Below, piece by piece: positions 1-7,795 of a stretch of 64,000 nt of DNA. A program made the position numbers and the translations under genes. Origin of the DNA: an uncultured Candidatus Rokubacteria bacterium (lineage in GTDB: Bacteria > Methylomirabilota > Methylomirabilia > Rokubacteriales > CSP1-6). How positions within the stretch are numbered: position 1 is the first letter of the stretch; the number at the start of each line of letters is the position of its first letter. The notes beneath the pieces were generated by a model. It had not been told where the DNA came from. It ran no database searches and saw only the letters and a program-made list of their open reading frames with translations. The stretch is from contig CAVWWD010000005.1 of the NCBI GenBank assembly GCA_963758635.1, positions 704,001-768,000 of the forward strand, in the 5' to 3' direction.

Positions 1-621
1 CAGCACCGAGCCGGCGCGCGCCGCCTCGTCCCTGGGCCGCGGCGGCGCGGGGAGCACGGCGACGGCGCAGCCGAGGTAGCCGGCGGCCACCGCGAGGTAG
101 GCCGCGCCCGGGCCGTAGCGGGCGAGGAGCGCGCCGACGGCCAGGGACCCGGCGAGGCCGCCCACCCGCGAGGAGAAGCCGACGAGCGCGATGGTCTCGA
201 CGAGACGGCCGGAGCGCGCCACGTCGTGCGCGAAGCCCTGCCGCGCCGTCTGGTGGAAGGCGCGCGCCAAGCCGCCGAGGAACGAGAAGAGCAGCAAGGG
301 CTCGATGGAAAGCCGCCCGATCAGCGCCAGCAGCGCCAGCGTGCCCGTGGTTCCGGCCAGCGCGGCACCTGTCAGCTCGATCAGCCGCACGCGATCGACC
401 TGGTCGGCGATCACGCCGGCGGGCACGCCGAAGAGCAGCAGCGGCAGCATCCGGAGGCCCAGGGCCACGCCCACCATCAAGGGAGAGTCGGTGAGCTCGA
501 GCGCGAGCCAGCCGAGGACGACCTGCTCGCCCACCATCCCGAAGGAATGCAGGAGCGCGCTCGCCCCGAGACACCGCGACGCGGGGTCACGCCACCACCC
601 CGGGGCCGCGGTCGCGCTCAC
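1..621 (-). CDS. MFS transporter (runs off window start)
   Basis: Manual minus-strand translation from GTG 621: ...GEQVVLGWLALELTDSPLMVGVALGLRMLPLLLFGVPAGVIADQVDRVRLI..., MFS motif A-like; not in the ORF track because it lacks a stop in the window. Confidence 0.85.
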   Translation of the reverse strand, partial: MSATAAPGWWRDPASRCLGASALLHSFGMVGEQVVLGWLALELTDSPLMVGVALGLRMLPLLLFGVPAGVIADQVDRVRLIELTGAALAGTTGTLALLALIGRLSIEPLLLFSFLGGLARAFHQTARQGFAHDVARSGRLVETIALVGFSSRVGGLAGSLAVGALLARYGPGAAYLAVAAGYLGCAVAVLPAPPRPRDEAARAGSVL

Positions 622-791
622 GATCCGGGAGTCTAGCGCACGCGCCGCGGTGAGCGAAGATCCGCGCGCGCCGCGCCGGGATCACGGGGACCGGGCCGAA
701 TGGCGACTCGGGCCGGCGCGGGCCCGGGCGCTCCGCCCGCCCCTGACGCGATGCGAACCGGGTAACCGCGCGAAATCGCGCCCTCTCGCGC

Positions 792-806
792 TGGCACGTC
801 GTATGC
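792..806 (+). promoter_or_regulatory. sigma54 (-24/-12) promoter
   Basis: TGGCACGTCGTATGC = GG-N10-GC, about 65 nt upstream of ATG 871; RBS AAGGAGGAG in between. Confidence 0.7.
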
Positions 807-870
807 CTCTGGGTCGAGCAGGGCCGCAGCAGGACGGGCCGGCACTCGAACCAAGGAGGAGGGGCCAGAC

Positions 871-1191
871 ATGCTACGAAAGCTGATCTACTTCGCCGCG
901 CTCGCCGCTCTGGTGGCCGTGCCGACGCTCGTGCCCGCGGAGGCCTGGGCGGGGAACCATGGCTACTACCGGCAGGGGTACGGCCATCAAGACTGGCGGG
1001 ACGCCCGCGACTACCGGATCATCACGGAGCCCAGGGTCCAGATCCAGATCCAGCACCGGCACTACCATCCGGGACACCGCCACTACAATCCGTACGTGTA
1101 CGTGGCGCCGAGCCAGCCGATCTGGGTGCCCGCGTCGTGGCAGTGGAACGGCTACCAGTGGGTGTGGGTCCAGGGCTACTGGAGCTGGTAA
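871..1191 (+). CDS. Secreted His/Tyr-rich protein with YXWGXW (WXXGXW) repeat
   Basis: Signal peptide ending AEAWA; C-terminal WVPASWQWNGYQWVWVQGYW; strong RBS. Confidence 0.85.
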   Translation: MLRKLIYFAALAALVAVPTLVPAEAWAGNHGYYRQGYGHQDWRDARDYRIITEPRVQIQIQHRHYHPGHRHYNPYVYVAPSQPIWVPASWQWNGYQWVWVQGYWSW

Positions 1192-1207
1192 CCCAGCGGC
1201 CCGGGAC

Positions 1208-1247
1208 GGGAGAGGGCGCGCCCGTTCGGGGCGGGCGCGTTCTCTCC
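1208..1247. terminator. Hairpin between convergent genes (possible bidirectional terminator)
   Basis: GGGAGAGGGCGCGCCCG-ttcgggg-CGGGCGCGTTCTCTCC inverted repeat. Confidence 0.5.
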
Positions 1248-2471
1248 TAGTCTTTCCCGTCGCCCTGGACGACCGTCCGGGCGGCGAGCAGGCGATCGAT
1301 CTCCTCCGGTGTGTAGCCCGCCTCCCGCAGCACCTCCACCGAGTGCTCGCCGAGCCCGGGCGGAAACCGGGGCGGCGTCTTGGCCTCCCCGTCCAGCCAG
1401 ACCGGGCTCGCCACGGTGAGGCGCGCCCCGGCGCGCGGGTCGTCGATGGGAACGAGCGCGCCGCTCGCCACCATCTGCGGGTCGTCGCGCGCGTCGTCCA
1501 CCGTGCCCACGACGCCGAAGGTGAGCCCGTGCTTGTCGAGCGCGGCCCGCCACTCCGCCCACGGACGCGTGGCGAACACGGCGTCGAGCACGGGCACGAG
1601 CGCACGCGCGTTGGCGCGGCGGGCCGGCGTGGTGGCGAAGCGCGCGTCGCCGGCCAGGTCCGGGCGCTCGATCGCGCGCAGGAACTCGCGGCCAGTCCCG
1701 GTCCTCCGCGAGCACGTTCAGGAGGAACCAGCGTCCGTCGCCGCAGCGGTAGAGGTTCGCGAGCGCGCTCGCCGCCTCCTCGCGCGGCGGGCGCGGCTCG
1801 ACGCGCGCGCCGCAGAGCGCGGCCTGCACCTGGATGGCGTTCCACCAGAGCCCGTTGGCCATGAGCGAGGTCGACACCATGCCGCCCTGCCCGGTGCGCT
1901 CGCGCCGGTAGAGCGCGGTCATGATCGCGGCGAACAGGCTGACGCCGGTGGGATGGTCGCCCATGCCGGGCAAGGAACGCGGCGGCGGCGCGTCCGGCGA
2001 GGCGCGCACCAGGTCCATGAGCCCGGTGCGCGCCCACAGCGCGGTGGCGTCGAACCCGCCCTTGGCCGCCTCGTCGCCCTGCTCGCCGTACGCCGTCACC
2101 GACGCGTAGACGAGCCGTGGGTTGAGCGGCGCGAGATCCTCCCAGCGGATGCGCAGGCGCTCGCGCGAGTCGAGCGGCGAGTTGGTCACGAACACGTCGG
2201 CGCGGGCGACGAGGCGGCACAGCACGTCCCGCCCCGCGGGCTGGCGCAGGTCGAGGGCGAGGCCGCGCTTGCTGCGGTTGTCCACGATCCAGCGGTAGTT
2301 GTACGGGCTGTCCGCCACGCCGGGGCCGCCGGTGCGGTGGCGGTAGAGGTCCCCGTCGGGCGGCTCGATCTTGATGACGTCGGCGCCCAGGTCCGCGAGC
2401 ATGGTCGTGGCCACCGGGCCGGCGATGAAGCTCGCGGCGTCGATGACGCGGAGGCCGTCGCAGAGGCTCAT
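1247..2471 (-). CDS. CaiB/BaiF family CoA-transferase (frameshift ~1690)
   Basis: MSLCDGLRVIDAASFIAGPVATTMLADLGADVIKIEPP, NRSKRGLALDL; C-terminal PPGLGEHSVEVL in ORF 1247..1597. Confidence 0.9.
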
Positions 2472-3568
2472 GGCATCCCCGGCAGGTCCACGCGCGCGTA
2501 GTAGCGCGACTCGCCGAGCGCGTCCACGCGCTCCCAGAACTCCGGCTGCGCGGCGAGGCCCAGCTCGTTCAGGCCGGCCTGCTGGCGCCAGATGCACCAC
2601 GACTCGGGATGCCGGCGGCTCGCCTCGGCGAGCCAGTGCGCGGCTTCGTCCGTCTCTCCCCGCCGTAGCAGGTGCTGGCCCAGCCGGAACATGGCGTGCG
2701 CCGTCACCGAGCCCTCGGTGGGCCGCGGCAGGCGCGATCGCGCGGCGTCGGACGCGAACGCGGCCGGGCTCTCCGGCCCTCGCCGGACCCAGTCGCGGAT
2801 CGCGTCCAGGTAGGTGGACTTCGCGTGCGCGGTGGTCTGCGCCACCGCCTCGGGCACCTCCCGGGTCTCGCGGTTCATCTTCCGGAACCCCTCGTAGGCG
2901 CCGGCCGGCTCGGCCGGACGCACGATGCGCCCCGCCTCGTCGATCCAGACCGCCTGCGGCACGTTGACGATGCCGTACAGCTCGGCCAGCCGATGGTCGC
3001 GATCGATGACGCTGACGTAGGTGGGCCGGGCCGCCTCGATCCACGGCAGCGCCGCGCCCTCACGGCTGTCCATGGCCACGGCCACGACCATGAAGCCAAG
3101 ATGGGCCAGCTCCTCGTAGAGCGCCTGCCACACGGGCAGGTCGCGCCGGCACCCTCACCAGGAGGCCCACGAGACGAGGAGCACCTTCTTGCCCCGGTGG
3201 TCCGAGAGCGAATGCATGCGCCCCTCGGCGTCGGGCAGCGTGAAGTCCGGGGCCTCGAGCGAGGCGAGGGCGGCCGCGCGCTCCTGGGCGCCCTCGCCGA
3301 GCACCCAGGCGTCGCCCCGGTTGCTCCGCACGACGGGCTTGCCCAGGAGACGCCAGAGCGCGGCCACGTCGACCCGGCCCCCACGGACGATCTCGCCTTC
3401 GCGGCCCGGCGGCAGCGGCACGCAGACCAATCCCTTGCAGAGCCCCTCGGGCTTGACCGCCCAGCCCGTCAGGGCCAGGGCATCGTCGGCGGGCAGCCAC
3501 AGCCCCTGGCCCGCCGCCTCCGCCCGCGGCGCCTCCACCTGTCCGTCGTCCGTCAGCACCGTGATCAT
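2468..3568 (-). CDS. Selenocysteine-containing thioredoxin-fold redoxin (ResA/AhpC-like, WASW-U-GC) with N-terminal accessory domain and TPR-like C-terminus
   Basis: ORFs 3155..3898 and 2468..3133 are the same frame separated only by TGA 3157-3155 at the redox motif: APDFTLPDAEGRMHSLSDHRGKKVLLVSWASW*GCRRDLPVWQALYEEL; RBS GGAGGG before ATG 3568. Confidence 0.88.
3121..3146 (-). promoter_or_regulatory. Candidate bacterial SECIS hairpin
   Basis: CCUGCC-CGUGU-GGCAGG stem-loop starting 14 nt after the UGA, G-containing apical loop. Confidence 0.6.
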
Positions 3569-3622
3569 TCGCCCCTCCGCATGAATTCGTTCCCTCCGTC
3601 TCGGCCTGGGTGACAATGCGCC

Positions 3623-4532
3623 GTGGCCACGATGACCTCCCCGGACCTCGGCCGCGCGAACGCGAGCGTGCCGGGCCTGCGCTACGCCCTGGCCGCCGCG
3701 TGCTTCTCCGCGCTGTGGGCGTCGTCGTTCGTGGCCATCAAGATCGGCGCTCGCCGACTGCCCGCCGCTGCTGCTGATGTCCTCGCGATTCCTCCTCGCC
3801 GCCATCGTCCTCTTCACCTCCGCGTGGGTGGCCGGCGTGCAGTGGCCCGACGGCTGGCTCGAGTGGCGCCGCATCGCGCTCCTCGGCGTGCTGAGCAACG
3901 CCCTCTACCTGGGCGTGAACGCGCTGACGCTCCAGTACCTGGACGCCGGGGTGAGCGCTGTGCTCGCCAGCAGCAACCTCCTGCTCCTCGCGCTGGTCGC
4001 GCCGTGGGCGCTCGGCGAGAGGTTGACGTGGACCAAGGCCGTCGGCCTCGCCGCAGGCGGGGCCGGCGTGGCGTGGGTCATGTGGAGCCGCGGGGGGCCA
4101 ACCAACCCCCCGGCGGCCATGGCGGTCTTCCTGGCCGCCGTGGTCTTCATCGTCGTCGCCACCGTGCTCTTCAAGCGCTGGACGTTCGTCGCGAACCTCG
4201 TCGTGGTCTCGGGCGGCCAGTGTCTCTTCGGCGGCCTGCTGCTCCTCGTGCCCGCCCTCACGCTCGAGTCCGTCTGGGACGTGCGCATCACCCGCGACCT
4301 CCTCATCGCGCAGGCCTACATGGTCGTGATGGTCTCCGGCGTGACCATGCTGATCTGGCTCTGGCTGCTCAGCCGCGGGCGCGCCACCCGGGCCAGCGCC
4401 TACTTCTTCCTGAACCCGGTGTTCGGCCTGCTGCTCGGCGCCGCCCTGCTCCAGGAGCGCGCGAGCGCCGCCGACCTCGCCGGCGCGGCCGCGGTCGCGC
4501 TCGGGATCTACCTGGTCCAGCGCGCCCGATAG
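3623..4532 (+). CDS. DMT/EamA family transporter (frameshift ~3750)
   Basis: LWASSFVAIKIG...PPLLLMSSRFLLAA; about 10 hydrophobic segments; FFLNPVFGLLLGAALLQE. Confidence 0.88.
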
Positions 4533-4555
4533 CGCCGCAGCCGCCGCTGCCGGCG

Positions 4556-5302
4556 TCAGGCGGCCGCGGCGACCCCGCCGAGGCTTCGCAGGAGACGCCC
4601 GAAGCCAGGGATCGGCGCGGTGATGCCGAGGGCGCGGAGCGACGCCCAGATCGCGGCCTGGTTCGACGTGACCACGGGCTTGCCGGTCCTTCGCTCGATC
4701 TCCTCGACCGCCTCCACCGACCGCCACGCCGTGCAGGAGCAGAGGAGGGCGTCGGCGTCGGGCCGGCACGCGCGAGCGGCGAACTCCACGATCACCGCGG
4801 GATCCTGGTCGTTGATGCCCTGGTTGCCCGCGCACGCGGCCTCGGGCTCCGCCTCGAGGTTCAGCACCTCGAGGCCGACGGCGTCGAGATAGGCGCGGAG
4901 CTGGCGGTTGTTCCACTCGGGATACGGCGTGGCCACCGAGATGCGCCGGGCCCCGAAGAAGCGCAGGGCCTCGACCACCGCCGGCGTGGTGGCCACCGCG
5001 GGCACGCCCGCCGTCCGCGAGATGAGGCTCACCATCTCCCGGTCCCAGCCCGGCCCCTTGTAGAAGCTGCCGGTGGTGCACCCGTAGGAGATGGCGTCGA
5101 CGCGGGCGGTGGCGAGGTAGCGCGCCCCGCTCTCGATCTCGCCGTTCATCCGGTCCATTCCCTCCGGGCCCAGGGCGTCGTTGGTGAGCCAGAGGCGCTG
5201 GCCGTGCACGGTGACGCCCGGCGGGACGACCATCTGGAAGTCCGCCTCGCAGGTGGTGTTGGTGGACGGCACCATCACGCCGATGCGCTTGCGCTGGCCC
5301 AT
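4556..5302 (-). CDS. Maleate cis-trans isomerase / arylmalonate decarboxylase (Asp/Glu racemase) family
   Basis: RIGVMVPSTNTTCEADF, YGCTTGS, CSCTAW, PVVTSNQA. Confidence 0.9.
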   Translation of the reverse strand: MGQRKRIGVMVPSTNTTCEADFQMVVPPGVTVHGQRLWLTNDALGPEGMDRMNGEIESGARYLATARVDAISYGCTTGSFYKGPGWDREMVSLISRTAGVPAVATTPAVVEALRFFGARRISVATPYPEWNNRQLRAYLDAVGLEVLNLEAEPEAACAGNQGINDQDPAVIVEFAARACRPDADALLCSCTAWRSVEAVEEIERRTGKPVVTSNQAAIWASLRALGITAPIPGFGRLLRSLGGVAAAA

Positions 5303-5319
5303 GATCTGGCCTCCTCTTC

Positions 5320-5451
5320 TCAGGCGAGGATGGCGAAGTCGAACCCGAGGTGGCCGAACAGCTCGACGATGTCCTCGCTCGACACGTCGGCGAGCACGCC
5401 GCAGACGCGTCGTCCCTCGGCGAGCTTCCGCTTGAGGCCGTTGGCGCGCAT
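5320..5451 (-). pseudogene. N-terminal fragment of HpcH/HpaI aldolase/citrate lyase family gene
   Basis: MRANGLKRKLAEGRRVCG...SSEDIVELFGHLGFDFAILA* resembles the HpcH N-terminus but is only 43 aa. Confidence 0.65.
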
Positions 5452-5584
5452 CGGTGTCCGAGAATAGCACGCGCCCGGGCGGGCCTGGAGGGCTCGGACC
5501 ACGGGCGCAGAAGGGACGCCGGGCAACGCGAGCGGCCGGCTGGCGCCGGCGAGCCTGCGAACGGCCTCGATCGACGGGACGGTG

Positions 5585-6420
5585 CTAGGCGGCCGGGCTC
5601 ACGTCGCGGCGCGCTTCACGCCGCCGCGAGCGGACGAAGACGACGGTCGCCGCGACGGTCCCCAGCCCGATCAACAGGAGGGAGGCTGGCATGGGCACCG
5701 ATGTGGTCGCGTGCCGCAGTCGCCCTGGACGCAGCCCTCAGTGTCGGCGCCGGTGGCGGTCCCGAACGAGAACACCACGCCGCTGATCGTGGAGGCGCTG
5801 GTCAGCCCCGCGATGGTCAGGTTGAACGTGACCGGCCCGAACAGGAACGGATTGTGCGGCCCGTTGTTGGCGATGCTGCCGTTGGCGTTCGTGTAGAAGC
5901 CAGAGCCGGCCGCCGGGCCGATGATCGTGTTCTCTGGGTTGACCGTCGGCGCGGAGACCACCGTGCCACCCGCGGGACAGATCACGCACAGGGTGAAGCC
6001 GGTGCCGAGCCCGAACGGCACTGAGAAGCTCTCGATGAGACCCCAGCCCGTCGCCACGGACCCGTTGTCGGTGAACGGATTGTTGTTGCTGCCCTTCCCG
6101 GCCTTCCCGACCGAGCGCGACGTGCCGGAGCTCGACGTGATGCCACCGCCCGTGCCCACGACGGTCTGTCCCGAGCTGATGACGAAGTCGAGATCGCTCA
6201 GGTTCTGGATGACGCTGGTTGGATTGCCTTGCAGATTGTTCACGACGATCTGGAGCGAGTTCGTCCCGGTCGTGAACGTGGCCGAGACGTCGACCGGAAG
6301 GCTTCCGTGCGTCGACCCGGCCGGCGTCGTGTACGTGATCACCCCCGCGGGTGCCGGCACCGCCATGCCGAGCACCATCGTCGCGGCCGCTGCCCATCCG
6401 AGTATCCTGCCTCGCCTCAA
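5585..6420 (-). CDS. Secreted surface protein with PEP-CTERM-like tail (VPMPAS-TM-RSRRR); frameshift ~5705
   Basis: Signal peptide, Thr/Gly/Asn-rich domain; shifted frame gives SVPMPASLLLIGLGTVAATVVFVRSRRREARRDVSPAA* ending TAG 5585; paralog of 6781..7584. Confidence 0.8.
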
Positions 6421-6481
6421 AGCGCACCCTCCTCCGGGTTCGAGTCTTGTCGTGCTGCTTGTCTCGCAGAAGGAGGACTAA

Positions 6482-6496
6482 GCGAAACACGTGCCA
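6482..6496 (-). promoter_or_regulatory. sigma54 promoter
   Basis: Minus strand TGGCACGTGTTTCGC (GG-N10-GC). Confidence 0.8.
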
Positions 6497-6780
6497 GAGA
6501 TTTCGGGTCGGGCTTCCAGGTACTTGTGCGGACAGATCGGAACTGCCTCGCCATTGTCAGCAAGGTTTTGCCAACAAGCGTCAACGGACGGGGAGAGCGT
6601 GCGTCGGCCGGCGAGCTCGTTTACGAGGGGGAGAGTTTCGGCGGGCGCTCAGCGGACCTCAGGCGCGACCCACCCCGGGCTGTTCGAGCGCGACGACAGC
6701 CGAGCCGTCGAGCGCCAGCGCCCTCTCGTGGGTGAGAGGGCGGTGACTGCCGCGCGCTGGCTCCACAGCGGCCGGGAAGG

Positions 6781-7584
6781 CTAGGCGACCGGGCTCACGC
6801 CGGGGCGCGCTTCACGCCGCCGCGAGCGGATGAAGACGCCCGCCGCGACGACGGTCCCCAGCCCGACCATCAAGACGGAGGGCGGCAGGGGCACCCGCGT
6901 GCCCGGGGTATCGTTGCCCGCCGTCGTGCCGAAGGAGAACACGACACCGGTGATCGTGGACTCGCTTGTGAGGCCGGCGATGGTCAGGTTGAACGTGACC
7001 GGCCCGAACAGGAACGGGTTGTGCGAGTCGTTGTTAGCGATGCTGCCGTTGGCGTTCGTGTAGAAGTTGGAGCCCGCCGGCGGACCGATGATGGTGTGCT
7101 CGGGCGGCCCCGTCGGGGCGGTGACCTCGGTACCGCCGGCGGGGCAGATCAAGCACAGGGTGAAGCCCGTGCCGAGCCCGAACGGCAACGAGAAGCTCTC
7201 GCGCAGCCCCCAGCCGGTCGCCACGAGCGAGCCGTCACTGAAGGGATTGTCGTTGCCCTTCCCCGCCTTTCCGACACTTCGCTCCAAGCCGGAGCTGGAG
7301 TCGATGCCGCCGCCCGTGCCGACCACGGTCTGTCCCGTGCTGATGACGAAGTCGAGGTCGCTCAGGTTCTGGATGACGCTGGTCGGATTGGCCTGGAGGT
7401 TGTTCACGACGACCTGGAGCGAGTTCGTCCCGGTCGTAAACTGCGCCGACACGTTGACGGGAAGACCGGCCTGCGTCGATCCGGGCAGGGTCGTGTACGT
7501 GATCACCGCCGCCGGAACCGGCACCGCCACACCCAGCACCATCGTCGCGGCCACTGCCCATCCGATAAACCTGGCTGGCTTCAA
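6781..7584 (-). CDS. Secreted surface protein with PEP-CTERM/VPLPA-CTERM-like tail (VPLPPS-TM-RSRRR)
   Basis: TTG 7584 after GGAGGAGGAG; C-terminus VPLPPSVLMVGLGTVVAAGVFIRSRRRE; the ORF-track start 7665 lies inside the promoter. Confidence 0.85.
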   Translation of the reverse strand: MKPARFIGWAVAATMVLGVAVPVPAAVITYTTLPGSTQAGLPVNVSAQFTTGTNSLQVVVNNLQANPTSVIQNLSDLDFVISTGQTVVGTGGGIDSSSGLERSVGKAGKGNDNPFSDGSLVATGWGLRESFSLPFGLGTGFTLCLICPAGGTEVTAPTGPPEHTIIGPPAGSNFYTNANGSIANNDSHNPFLFGPVTFNLTIAGLTSESTITGVVFSFGTTAGNDTPGTRVPLPPSVLMVGLGTVVAAGVFIRSRRREARPGVSPVA

Positions 7585-7649
7585 GAGCGCTCCTCCTCCG
7601 AGTGCGATCCGAGTTTCGTTGAGCTGCATCGAATCGCTAGAAAGAAGGA

Positions 7650-7664
7650 GCGAAATACGTGCCA
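7650..7664 (-). promoter_or_regulatory. sigma54 promoter
   Basis: Minus strand TGGCACGTATTTCGC (GG-N10-GC). Confidence 0.8.
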
Positions 7665-7726
7665 CGATCTCGAAGGGCAGTATTACAGGTACTTATGATG
7701 CTGTATAGGAATTACCCCGGCCTGTT

Positions 7727-7777
7727 TGTAAGGTTTTCCTACATCTCCCCCTACATACTCCCCCCTACATCTCCCCC
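7727..7777. promoter_or_regulatory. Candidate enhancer (TGT-N11-ACA) plus three CCTACAT direct repeats
   Basis: TGTAAGGTTTTCCTACA at 7727-7743; CCTACAT at 7738, 7750 and 7764. Confidence 0.55.
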
Positions 7778-7795
7778 GGAGCGGGAAGGCTCGCA

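Noticed and set aside
5320..5322. TGA ending the HpcH stub as a second Sec codon
   Set aside because: Not at a Cys-type motif; downstream frame has no aldolase similarity and contains the next gene's RBS
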